This document shows, piece by piece, positions 25,442-38,200 of a DNA stretch of 64,000 nucleotides. The stretch is from positions 147,498,001 through 147,562,000 of the forward strand of contig NC_091989.1 in assembly GCF_044704955.1 (NCBI RefSeq), written 5' to 3'. Each line of letters begins with the position of its first letter. Positions within the stretch are counted from its first letter, which is position 1. Source of the stretch: Pristiophorus japonicus. Lineage: Eukaryota. A model generated the notes under the pieces. It was not told the origin of the DNA. It worked only from the letters and a program-made list of their open reading frames with translations, and did no database searches. A program made the position numbers and the translations under genes.

Positions 25442-27035
25442 TTTTTCTTTACAAATCCTTAAACCTTTAGAATCAAACCACTTCCTTACTCTGACACCAA
25501 CCACTGTCTCCCCCAACAGTCTCTCCAGTGCTCCACCAACCTATAACTGTTATTTGTGCAAAGCTCCTTTAAATAAATGAGATAAAATCAAGTCATCTGT
25601 GACATCATCAGACCCGCTCCACTTAACTGGCTGGGAAAGCCGCATGACTATGTACATCAGAGTACGTCCCGGAGAGCAACTCGCTACACGGCCCCCCACT
25701 CCTCACAGAAAAATAAAGATTCAGCCCAACATTTCAGGTCGATGACTTTTCATCAGAACTCGTCAGACTTTATTTCAGATTTCCAGCATCCGCAGTATTT
25801 TACTTTTGTGAAGGGATGAGCACACACTTGAAGGATAGAGAAGTCAGAGCCAATGAAAAATGCTCAAAAATGTGAAAAACAAGGTGCGACCCATTGACTG
25901 CAAGAAACAAACTTAAGAACAAGAATTGACAAAAGAGGAGACCTAACATTCATGAGAGCTATTGAATAATGCTAATGTGTGCATTTCTGTACTAACTATA
26001 AATATGGTGGGGGGGGGAGGGGCGGTGCCCGAAAGGTTACTAGATCCTTATTCCAAGAAACCTTGCAGCTACGTGTATAGAGATTCCTTGCAGAGCATCA
26101 TTACCATGTGCATATGCCCCAATGGGAATCTTTTTTGTAAGTGAATGGACCTGACTTGCAAATATCTTAATGCTGAACTACTAATCAAGTGCTAATTAGC
26201 CCAGTCTTGGTTTCTGAATCTCATTTGAAATTATACATTCCAACAGTCCACACCGCCTTGTAAAGTTTATGATTGTGTCCAACATGATTGCTTCAATATA
26301 TTTATATTTTTCAATCTTTAATACCTCCCTTGAATCACCTTTTCACCATTGTAAAGATGTCCAATTTCAATAGCCTCTCTATGACAAAAATTATGTATTT
26401 TTGGCTGTAGTTTATATGCTTTCTGTGTATTATGTGGCATACCATTTAAAAATAAATAAATTGAGAGGTATCACCTCAAAACTGCTTCTGGAATTGAATT
26501 CTGGGAAATTGTGATGTTGCTTGAGGCATGCCTGAAATGTATCAGTCAAGCTGTAGACAGCTTCTGTGGAAAATATTACCCAAGTGCTAGAAATAGGACA
26601 ATTAATCAATATCATAATATATTCAGAACATTAGCTTCTATGGATCTCATCAAGCCCCATCCTGAGACAGCTTTAACATACCTTTATATATGTGTTACTG
26701 TAGATGACCATCCATTGTACTGTAATTGTGTTAGTGTTGCAGTGTGGCTTCTCAATGGAAAAGGCTGCAGATCAATGAATACAATATAAGTTTTGAATAT
26801 ATCCTTCCAATGTGCAATACTTTACACTTGTCTGTATTAAATATAATTTGCCAATGTTCTGCCCACTTACATATTTTGTAAGTTGACAATGTTGTGAAGG
26901 GTTATGGGGAACGGGCAGGGATGTGGAGCTGAGCACCAGATCAGATCAGCAATGATCTTCTAGAATGGCGGAGCAGGCTCGAGGGGCCAAGTGGCCTACT
27001 TCTGCTCCTATTTCCTATGTTGTCTCTTAACTGAA

Positions 27036-29747
27036 GCGAAAAGATCGAGAATAGGGTTGGCACGATGACGCAGCCCTGTTTGACCCCGATCCGGACGTGG
27101 TGGATCCGTTAGTCAGGATCACGGCTTCCATGTCGTTGTGGAGCAGGCAGATGATGGTGACAAACTTTTGGGGGCAACCGAAATGGAGGAGGGCACTCCA
27201 TAGTCCTTCACAGTTAACAGTGTCAAAGGTTTTTGTGAGGTCAAAGAAGGCCATGTACAAGGGTTGGTGCTGTTCCCTGCATTTCTCTTGCAGTTGTCGC
27301 ACCATGAAGATCATGTCCATTGTACACCGCAGCGGATAGAACCCGCACTCTGACTCTGGAAGGAGCTCCTCAGCCACAGGGAGAAGACGGCTGAGGAGGA
27401 TTCTAGCAATGACTTTCCCAGTGGCCAACAACAGGGAGATTCCTCTGTAGTTGTCGCAGTCGGACTTGTCCCCTTTTTTAAAGATGATCACGATTACTGC
27501 ATCTCTGAGATCTCCCGGCATGCTCTCCTCCTTCCAGATGAGAAAGATGAGATCATGCATTCATGTCAATAGTGCCTGTTTGCCATACTTTAGTGCCTCA
27601 GCCGGGATTCCATCCGCTCCCGATGTCTTGTTGTTCTTGAGCTGATGGATGGCCTTTTCTACCTTATGCAGGGCTGGGGTTTTGCTGAGATGGTGGCGGC
27701 TAGCATGCTGCGAGATGGAGTCGAGGACACTCGTGTCAAAAGCAGAGTCTCGATTAAGGAGATCTTCGAAGTGCTCCTTTCAGCAGGCTCTGACTACCTT
27801 GATGTCCTTGATGAGTGTCACCCCGTTCTTGGCCAGCAGTGGGGTAGGGCCTTGGGTGCTTGGGTCATAGGTGGACTTGACTGCGGTGAAGAATCCTCGC
27901 ACGTCATGGCTGTCGGCCAGCTGCTGAATCTCCTGTGTTTTCTCCACCCACCATCTATTCTTTAGGTCGCGGGGTTTTTGCCTTCAGCCATCTGTAGAGC
28001 TGTTTTGCTGCTCCCAAGTTGGGTTATTGCTTTAAGTTCAGAAATGCCCCGCGCTTACGGTTTATTAGCTCCTGGATCGCCTGATCATTTTCATCAAACC
28101 AGTCCTGGTGTTTCCTGGTTGAGTGACTGAGCGTCTCTTCGCAGGCACTGGTTATGGTAGCCTGGAGGGCAGACCAAGTGTTGTGGGCACTCTGCATCTT
28201 GAGGTCATCGAGGGTCGCCAGATTGGCAGTGAGGCGCTGGCTGTATAGGGTTTTCTTAGCTGGGTCTTTGAGTGCCCCAGTGTTCATTTTTCTGTGGCAT
28301 TACTTCTGCTGCCGTTGTCGTTTTGGGGCTATATTAATGTTGATGACCGGATTAGGCAGTGGTCCGTCCAGCAGTCGTCGGCTCCTGTCATGGCGCGGGT
28401 GATGCGCACGTCCTTGCGATTCCACGCTCGAACGATGATGTAGTTGAGCAGGTGCCAATGTTTGGAGCGAGGATATTGCCACGATGCCTTATACATGTCC
28501 CTCTGGCAGAACAAGGTGTTGGTTATGACAAAGTCGTGTTCTACCATTTTGTCAGGAGCAGGGTAACGCTGGAGTTGCTTTTCCCTACCCCGTCTAAGTT
28601 CCTCGCTGCTACGCTCCATCTCATGTTCAACAAGCTCCCCGCTGGAGTGGAACTAAACAATAGAACCAGTGGAAACGTGTTCAACCTTCGTCGCCTTCAG
28701 GCTAGGTCAAAGACCATCCCATCCTCTGTCGTCGAACTACAGTGCGCGGACGATGCTTGCGTCTGCGCACGTTCAGAGGCTGAACTTCAAGCCATCGTCA
28801 ACATCTTCACCGAGGCGTACGAAAGCATGGGCCTTACACGAAACATCCATAAGACAAAGGTCCTCCACCAACCTGACCCCGCCATACAGCATTGCCCCCA
28901 CGGTCATCAAAATCCACGGCACAGCCTTAGACAACATGGACCACTTTCCATACCATGGGAGCCTACCATCAGCAAGGGCAGACATCGATGACGAGGTCTA
29001 AAAACCGCCTCCAGTGTGCCAGCGTAGCCTTCGGTCACCTGAGGAAGAGAGTGCTCAAGGATCAGGCCCTCAAATCTGACACCACATTTATGGTCTACAG
29101 GGCTGTAGTGATACCCGCCCTCCTGTATGGCTCATATACAGCAGAGACTTCAAATCGCTGGAGAAATACCACCAACAATGGCTCCGCAAGATCCTGCAAA
29201 TCCCCTGGGAGGATAGACGCACCAACATCAGTGTTCTCGATCAGGCCAACATCCCCAGCATCGAAGCACTGACCACACTCGACCAGCTCCGTTGGGCAGG
29301 TCACATTGTCCGCATGCCCGACACAAGACTCCCAAAGCAAGCACTCTACTCAGAACTCCTACACGGCAAGCGAGCCCCAGGTGGGCAGAGGAAACGTTTC
29401 AAGAATATCCTCAAAGCCTCTTTGATAAAGTGCAACATCCCCACCGACACCTGGGAATCCCTGGCCAAAGACCACCCTAAATGGAGGAAGAGCATCTGGG
29501 AGGGCGCTGAGCACCTCGCGTCTCATCGCCGAGAATATGCAGAAACCCAGCGCAGGCAACGGAAAGAGCGTGCGGCAAACCAGACTCCCCACCCACCCTT
29601 TCCTTCAACGACTGTTTGTTCCTCTGTTCCACCTATGACAGAGACTGCAATTCCCGTATTGGACTGTTCAGTAACCTGAGAACTCACTTTTAGACTGGAA
29701 GCAAGTCTTCCTCAATTTCAAAGGACTGCCTATGATGATGATGATGA
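27036..29747 (+). mobile_element. RTE LINE with a 1.56-kb 5' inversion (27036-~28597 on -, ~28598-29747 on +)
   Basis: 11-bp TSD tcttaactgaa at 27025-27035 and 29748-29758; (ATG)n tail. The inverted part has the APE C-terminus and RT start (NYRGISLL, FFDLTKTFDTV); the direct part has ELQCADD and the C-terminus. Confidence 0.93.
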
Positions 29748-32700
29748 TCTTAACTGAAACAGCAGTTTGGTCAGATCACTCTTCCTAATATTTCTTTAGT
29801 CTGTTTTCCTTTTCTACGTTAAAAGTGCTATATAAATGCATGTTGTTGTTGAAATAAGAACCTCTGTAATTGACAATTAAAAGATATGAGTTTCAGTAAG
29901 TGAATAGATTTTTGATCCAGATTTTGCATGATCCAATGCATTTGAATCAGGCAAGGCAGGGATGAAACTAAAGATCATTTAAGCATTAGAAGAAATATTT
30001 TTCTCTTGATTCATTAATTTTCTATAATGAACAGAGACCTGCTAAATATTAATATTTCTCTGACTTTTTGTTACTGGAATTTTTAATAAAAGATAAATTC
30101 CAACTGTTTTGATGCAGGGTATCGATCTGAAACAATAGCCTTTCTTCACGTATCGATGCTGATGGATCTGGCATATAATTCTAGCATTTTCTTTGCCTTC
30201 ATTTACTTGTACCAAATGATGTAACATGTCAAAACAAATTGGTTTTTAGTTACCGGTTAACTGATCCGTCAGAAGATTCCCTGTTTGCTCAAGCACGAGT
30301 TTGCATGCCAAATTGCTGGTTCAGGTCAGAGAATATGTTTTCAACTGCCAAAGCATCTTTTTCTGCAAAATAAATTTTCCTTTTGACATTGTAATTAAAA
30401 TGCCAATTTTGTGAGCATATTGTATTTTATCACAGACATAAATTAAGATTTGTTGTCTGTGGCATTTATATCTTAATATGGTGACTAGTAGTGCTGTGTG
30501 ATTCAACTTCTGTTGAGGAACTTTAGAGGGGTGTGCTGGGCCAATTGCAGTTTACACTACATGCAGGCCATGCATAGTTTCTGATTTGATTTTCATTTGG
30601 TGCATGAAGATTGCAGATCTTTACAGATGATATTAAAAGGGCATATTTCAATAAAATCTCTTTGGTGAGAGATCAAACATACAAACTGATTCTGTTCCCC
30701 TTGGAACTTATTATTTAAACATTTGGGCCCTATTTTTGCTACGATTGTGCGCCGTTTTTGGGGTCCAAACGTTTTTTGGCGAGAAATCCTCCGTTTCCAA
30801 CTTTCACCAATGTTTTTACGCCGGTGCCGACCATGTGCAGCAGTTTAAACATTTTTGGCGCAGACACGAATAAAAACAGGCTCGGGCGCCGTTTTTGTGC
30901 AGCTAGGCGATTTTGGCCGTCCACAATTTTTTTCAGCATGGCGCACACTGCCAAAAAGTCCCGAAAAAAAAGTCTGTGAACTTAAGGAAATCGGCATGGT
31001 GCACAAAAGGACATTGGGGCCAAGCAAAAGATGACAAAATAAAGTACAAATGCATGGATTTGTTTCGACAGGGTACTCTGAAAATAACTCGGAAAGTAAT
31101 TTCCGAATTTTTGGAGTGAGACAATGTAAAAAACAAAAGTATAATTTTTTCAGAGGGAACTGAAGTAACTTTGCTGGGTTCTTTTTCATCCAAATCGCGA
31201 CAGTCCACCCCAACACAATTGTTGACCGGGATCCAGGCACGGGTCGAAGGAGTGCCAGCTGGGCAGGATCGCAAGCTCGACTGGACACAAGCAACAGAGC
31301 CCGGCTGCTTTTGAAGCTGAGTGTCGAGTCGTTGTGCTTCTGTCCGGCCGAGCTTGCGATCCTGCCTGGCCAGCACTCCTTCGACTTGTGCCTCAAGCTC
31401 GATCAGCATCCGAAACAGGATGTTTTGTGCACAGGCATAGCAGCAAGCTAGAAGTTACCATTTGTCACAGGTGACCCAAGCAAACAAGCAAATGCATTCG
31501 CAGTTCAGGTGTGGTTCGATCTAGGGCGTCACTCAGCCTTGTGGAGCAAAACAGAGAGGAAAGATGTCAGATTTAAGTATTTATCTGCATAACAATAATA
31601 ATGGATGCAATTTTTAGCATGCCTGATGTGATACAGGCGTTGGCCATACATGGCGTGCAGAGGCAACGAATAATTCAACGCTGATATCGGGGAGACAGAT
31701 TGATGGGGAGGAGACCTTACCCATAGCGAGTCTATAGGGAGAGGCGCTCATACTTGAAACTGAGTGAGGCAGGCTGTGATTCAGAAAGGAGGTCATCACT
31801 GAGATCTGCCAACTAATCAGGGCAGACATACTGCCAAGAAGTGGAAGGAGGACTGCCCTACCTGAAGAGGTAAAGATAATAGCGGCACTTGCCTTCTATG
31901 CTACGGGATCATTTCAAGCTTCAACTGGGGATGTATGCTCGATCTCGCAGCATGCCGCCCATTGCTGCATTTGCCAGGTGACTGCTGCACTGTTTACCAA
32001 AAGGGACCAATTTATCACTTTCCCTATGACCACGCAGGCAATGAGATACAGGGCTGTGGGATTCTCCAGAATTGCTGGCTTCCCCAGTGTACAGAGTGCC
32101 ATTGACTGTATTTTTGTGTATGGAGAAAGAGTCAGACTGAACACTGTGAGCTCAAAGTAAAGTGTGACCTTAGTCTTTTATTGCAGGTCTCCAGAGTGCC
32201 TCTCTAACCTGTGAAGCCTTCTTAAATACCTGTGCTCCCAAGGGATTATGGGAACCCTTTGGAATCCGGGGAATGAGCCCTCTGGTGGCTGTACAGAGTA
32301 AATACAAGTCCACATATATAACAACATTCCCCCCCAAAGTCAATAGTGTAACTATTTACAATGTGAGTTGATCTGGGGCCCTTCTTGCCCTGGTTGATCG
32401 TCACATTGTGAAAGCTGGTGTTGTTGAATCATTTGTTGGGCCCTCGCTGGCTGCTGTGCAGCTGGCCTTGCTGGGCTGCCTGGTGTATTGGGCCCTGCAG
32501 GGCTGCTGTGGATGATGGGTTCTGCTTCGTGGTCAACCGTGGTGTCGGTTGCCACTGGTGTGTATGTTGGGAGATCAAAAAAGGTAGGGTCCAAGGTGGG
32601 TTGCTCAGGGTAGTCTGTGAATCTGAGTATGATTTGGTCCAAGTGTTTCCGGTGAATGAGTCCATTTGAAAGTTTGACCTGAAACACCCTCTTTTACCAC

Positions 32701-35700
32701 GACAGTGCCGGGAAGCCACTTGGGACCTTGTCCATAATTTAATACAAATACAGGATTATTGACTTCAATCTTGTGTGACACATTTGCGCTATCATGGTAT
32801 GCACTTTGTTGAAGCCGCCTGCTCTCTACCTGTTCATGTAGATCAGAGTGAACTAACGAGAGCCGTGTCTTAAGTGCTCTTTTCATGAGCAGTTCAGAAG
32901 GTGGGATCCCAGTCTCGTGCGGTAGCTAAGCAGGACTCGGGATAGGCAAGTCTGCAGTGAGCCTTCAGTTACCCTCTTCAAGCCTTGCTTGATAGTTTGC
33001 ACTGCTCTCTCTGCCTGACCATTGGATGCTGGTTTAAACGGGGCAGATGTGACATGTTTGATCCCGTTATGGGTCATGAATTCTTTGAACTCAGCACTGG
33101 TAAAACATGGGCCGTTGTCGCTCACCAGGACATCGGGTAAGCTGTGTGTGGCAAACATGGCCCGCAGGCTTTCAGTGGTGGCAGCGGACGTGCCAGCCGA
33201 CATTATCTCACATTCAATCCACTAGGCGTAGGTGTCTACAACCACAAGAAACATTTTACCCAAGATCGTAGTCAACGTGTACCTAGACCATGGTTTGGAG
33301 GACCAAGACCATAAACTTAGTGGCGCCTCCCTGGGTACATTGCTTAACTGCGAGCATGTATTACATCTGTGAACACAGGACTTTAAGTCCGCATCGACAC
33401 CGGGCCACCACACGTGGGATCTGGCTATCACTTTCATCATTACGATGCCTGGGTGGGTACTGTGGAGGTCATTGATGAAGGTGTCTCTGCCCTTCTTCGG
33501 GACCACTACTCGATTACCCCACAGAAAGCAGTCTGCCTGTATAGACATTTCATCTTTGCGCCGCTGGAACGGCTTTATCTCTTCCTGCATTTCCACTGGG
33601 ACACTGGACCCAGCTCCCATGAAGCACACAGCTTTTGACTAGAGATAATAAGGGGTCCTGGCTTGTCCAGGTTTTAATCTGCCGGACAGTGATGGGTGAT
33701 TGCTCACTCTCAAATGCTTCCATATCCATGGCTAGATCTGCGGGCTGCGCCATTTCCACCCGCGTGGTGGGCAATGGCAGCCTGCTGAGAGCATCGGCGC
33801 AGTTTTCTATGTCTGGCCTGTGGTGGATGGCGTAGTTGTATGCGGACAACGTGAACGCCCATCTCTGAATGCAGGCCGATGCGTTGGTATTTACCTCTGT
33901 ACTCTCGGAAAACAGGGATATAAGTGGCTTATGGTCAGTTTCCAATTCAAATTTTAGCCCAAACAGGTATTGATGCATTTACTTTACCCCATAGACACAC
34001 GCTAACGCTTCTTTTTCAATCATGCTGTAGGCTCTCTCGACCTTAGACAGACTCCTGGGTGCATAAGCAACCGGTTGCAGTTTCCCGAAATCATTAGCTT
34101 GTTGCAATACACACCCGACGCCATATGACGACGCATCACATGCTAGTACCAAATGCTTGCATGGATCATACAACACAAGCAATTTGTTTGAGCATAACAA
34201 TTTTCTCGCTTTTACAAAGGCATTTTCTTGGCTTTTGCCCCAAATCCATTCGCCCCCTTTTCATAGTGGTTTTATCAGGGTGCTGAGACCCGGTAAGAAG
34301 TTACCAAAGTAGTTCAAGGGTCCCAGAAACGACCGCAGCTCCGTCACGTTCTGTGGCCTCGGTGCGTTCTCGATTGCCTCCGTCTTTGCGTTGATGGGCC
34401 TGATGCCGTCCGCCGCAATCCTCCTTCCCAGGAACTCCACTTCAGGTGCCAGGAAAACACACTTCGAGCATTTTAACCTGAGCCCCACGCGGTTGACTCG
34501 ACTAAGAACCTCCTCCAGGTTCTGTAGGTGCTCGACTGTGTTCCGACCTGTGACCAAGATGTCGTCCTGGAAAACCTTGGTGCGCGGGACCGAGTTCAGT
34601 AAACTTTCCATGTTTCTCTGGAATATCGCCGCCGCTGATCGGATTCCAAACAGGCATCTGTTATAAACAAAAAAAAACCTTTGTGCGTGTTGATACAGGT
34701 GAGGGCCTTTGATGATTCCTCCAGTTCCTCTGTCATGTAGGTTGAAGTCAAATCCAGCTTTGTGAGCATCTTTCCTCCCGCCAGCATTGCAAAGAGGTCA
34801 TCGGCTTTTGGTAGTGGATATTGGTCCTGCATGGAGAAACAATTGATAGTTACTTTGTAATCGCCACAGATTCTGATGGTGCCACCACCCTTGAAGACTG
34901 GGACAATAGGACTGGCCCACTCGCTGAACTCAATCTGTGAAATGATGCCCTCTCGTTGCAGCCGGTCTAGCTCGATCTCTACCCTTTCTCTCATCATGTA
35001 TAGTACTGCTCTCGCCTTGTGATGGATGGGTCGCGCCCCCGGAATTAGGTGGGTCTGCACTTTTGCTCCTTGGAATTTCCCGATGCCTGGTTCGAACAGC
35101 AAAGGAAATTTGTTTAAGACCTGGCCACATGAAATGTCGTCAGCGGGCGTCGTCCCAGTTCCAGCATATCTTTCCCAGCCAGCTCCTGCCGAGCAGCGTG
35201 GGACCATCGTCTGGTACCACCCAGAGTGGTAGCTTGTGCACCGATGCGTTGTAGGCGGCCTTTACGGTAGCACTGCCGATTACAGGGATCAGTTCTTTAG
35301 TGTATGTTCTTAGTCTCGTGCGAACGGGAGTTAAGACTGGCCTTGAGTCCTTGTTGCACCACAACCGTTCGAAAGTCTTTTTGCCCATGATGGACTGGCT
35401 CACGCCCGTGTCCAGCTCCATTGACACCGGGAGTCCATTTAGTCCAACATTCAGCATTATCAGGGGACAATTCGTGTTGAATGTGTGCACCCCATATACC
35501 TCTGTCTCCTCTGTCTGAGGCTCTGGTTCGTAGTGATCCTCCTCTGCAACGTGGTGATTTGCAGGCTTAACAGGCTTTGCAGCTCGCCTGCACACTCGTT
35601 GGAGGTGTCCCATTGTTCCACAGCCCTTGCAAATGTATCCTTTGAATCGGCATGCATGGAAATGATGATCACACCCGCAGCGCCAACAAGGTGTTAATGG

Positions 35701-35962
35701 CCTTGCATTCATCGCCCTTGATGGTGGACTCTGCGACATCTGCGGACGTGTAGCTGCAGGTATGTGTGACCTGCACTGTACATTACGATTCGAAAACATC
35801 ACTTTGTTCACAGTACTTGTAGCAGCACTTGTGTGCTGAGAGATTTGCTTAGTATTGTCACTGATGGCAAAGAACGTCTGGGCTGTCGCCAAGACTTTAC
35901 TTAAGGTCGGGGGTCTCTACAGTCAAAAGCTTGCGAAGTATGGTTTCGTGGCCAATGCCAAA

Positions 35963-36599
35963 TGTAAGGGGAAAATGGGAAGGCTTCTCCTCCCACAAGC
36001 GGGCCCCCTGATATAGAGGGTCGACGCTCGCCCCAACCCGCGTAACAGCCCCCAGAGTTAGCAGACAGAGACGAATGGCAAGGTATAACGATCTTTTATT
36101 GCGAACGTCCGGGAACACCTCTCATCACAGCCGCCTGTGAGTGGAGATGCTCTCCGAACAGCACAATCATACAACTTTTATACATTTCAAAAATCCCTCC
36201 GTTCCCTGGTAAGACCTCCCTAGATCTCTAATTGGACTACCTTATCAGTGCTACTTCTCTAATTGGACTACCTTATTAGTGCTACTTTGGATTGACAGGC
36301 CAAGACCCTCGTGACCACCTTAGGCCATGACTAGAATGACTTCATTAGGTCAGAATTTGTTGATTCTCCTTGATGCCCGTGAGTCTGCCTCGAGCCTCTT
36401 CGCAAGGTCTTATCAATGTCTGTTTAGGTTCTCACATCGTATCCTGTCGGAATATTATTGAATTAATAACTTCTGGAGCCTTGGTACTGGAATGTACAAG
36501 GCCAAAGAGAGGCCTTTTACGTCCTTATGGGTCGGTGCAGGAACCAGCACTTTAACCCTTGTCCCGCTGGTATCCCTAATGCCAAATGTTTCTCTTATA
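35963..36599 (-). repeat. 3' LTR of the env-carrying element (637 bp, with a ~30-bp internal tandem duplication)
   Basis: Direct repeat of 40691-41294. On the - strand: CCAAT boxes (~36230, ~36261), TATAAAA (~36176-36182), AATAAA (~36094-36099). Confidence 0.93.
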
Positions 36600-36612
36600 T
36601 TTCCCCCCTTTT
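36600..36612 (-). promoter_or_regulatory. Polypurine tract
   Basis: aaaaggggggaaa on - directly abutting the 3' LTR. Confidence 0.88.
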
Positions 36613-36745
36613 GGCCCTTGGCTATACGCCAAAGCTAGCCATATTTCCCGATAACTATCTCCCTGTAGGCAAGTTCCAGATCGGTCCATTCACCTGGGTG
36701 GCTATCTCCCAAGCTTTGGGACCTCCTGAGACCTTTCCCGCAGAG

Positions 36746-38200
36746 TTATATAAGGTAAGTCCTTCCTGTGGGACTGCTTAAATTTTCATCCCTTATGACC
36801 TTAATCATAGTGTGTGCCCTGACGTATTGTTTGGCCTGTTTAATTCGTGCACAGGTTAGCCCTACCAGTACCATCAGGACCAGGCCTTGTATTACTACAA
36901 GTGCATGTGATATAATTCTTATCCATGGGTGGATCTGAATATTAAGTCCAATGTTCCACAGTTTTGAGTACCAAGGCTGGTTGGCCAGCATCGCGTTAGT
37001 GTCTTTTTGTAGGTTTGTCTATTTCTTCCATCAGCTGGATATTGCACCAATCGTTCCTCACTTAATTCGGGTATCTGTTTTTCTTGTGGTTCCCATATTG
37101 CTTCCTTGTACCCTTCTCGGAGGGTATCCATGACCGTTCCGTGGATGATTTCCGTTGTCTCGGGATGTATGTGGTATCAATTTATGTCTATTTTTCCCAT
37201 GGGCCTGAAACAGAAGTTAGGGTTGGTGATGACACAGGGGGTGACTCCTCCCCTGGTCTTAATCGTCGGGTTGGCTACTCCTGTGCTCACGCACCAAATC
37301 TCCATTCCCTTGTGGAACAGTGATTTGTTTCGGAATCGTGTTCGAGAGGAGTGATACTCAGCATGCATCCGTTTGTTTGGTGGAATCTGAAATCATTATT
37401 CGTCATTTGTGGCGTACCTCGACATAAAATCACTTGATTATTTTTATAGTAATCGATTTGTCAATGCCTTTCGTACTAATTTAATTTTAATCACCGGTCT
37501 GGCAGGCTGATGGTAACGCAACCGAGTTTGGTTTCTTACTTCACCGATATTATCGATCTAGTATAAGGGGTTTCCCTTTGTTACATCATACTGTGGTATG
37601 GACAACACAAATCCGATCATATTCACCCGCCCAGTAATGCATCTGAATTTTGGCACCCATGTGTGACTATTCCTTCGTACCTCGCACGTGTTATTGTTAA
37701 GTATGCTGTTCGGGATCCAATCTGCTATGTCCCCATTCTGGAGTTGCTCCAAGTTATGTTGTACTTCACTTAATATCCAGGCCCCATACCCGGAGCAAAT
37801 TATCTCAGCTTGTAATCATTTAATTATGTCGTTTCCCATTGCGTGGATCTAATTTATTGTCTTGGCATGCTTCTGTAATGTATGGGCCACCTGTAACAGT
37901 TCCCCTTCCCCGCCATCTCCCAACCACACTTTTAGGGCTTGGTTATCCATGTCCCTCCCCAGTAAACCCCTCAAGATTTGCGTTAAGTTGTTAACCCGGT
38001 CGTCTATTGCATACAGGTCTATGGAATTCATCATCGTAACCCCCGCCGCATAACCCGTGCCTAGTGTTTCCAGTATTCCCCTTTTTGTTCGACCTTATCC
38101 TGTTCCCTTTCTGACATTAAATCTCAGGGTAATGGATTCCGGGCCTTCGAGGATTCTTTGTGTCAGGTTCTGGTATAGACTTATTTCAGAGACCTCCCTT
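36746..38200 (-). pseudogene. Envelope (class I fusion glycoprotein) pseudogene with an F-protein-like layout
   Basis: RTKR (38080-38091) then GILETLGTGYAAGVTMMNSIDL, heptad-like helix (AIDDRVNNLTQILRGLL), IICSGYGAWILSEVQHNLEQLQNG, IGFVLSIP..PLY..NIG, Cys-containing region, Trp-rich membrane-proximal QPWYSKLW, TM IISHALVVIQGLVLMVLVGLTC, short tail. Several stops and frameshifts. Confidence 0.85.

Larger units (their letters stand above)
21507..25727 (+). mobile_element. Harbinger/PIF transposon B (decayed)
   Basis: Imperfect TIRs gagccaaaatttt / rc gggctgaatcttt. Transposase on + and Myb/SANT on -, convergent. Confidence 0.85.
21437..25808. repeat. Short interspersed repeat with inverted ends, split in two (21437-21506 and 25728-25808) by Harbinger B
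   Basis: aaatgctggaaatactcagcaggtcaggcagcatct...gagttaa | aacatttcaggtc...gatttccagcatccgcagtatttt. The two halves read continuously once the Harbinger is removed. Confidence 0.65.

Noticed and set aside
30845-31409. Overlapping 183-aa and 158-aa minus-strand ORFs
   Set aside because: They fall in GC-rich, palindromic transposon subterminal DNA with no recognisable motifs; likely chance ORFs.
36746-38200. Functional syncytin-like co-opted env at this locus
   Set aside because: Multiple in-frame stops and frameshifts, and no signal peptide.
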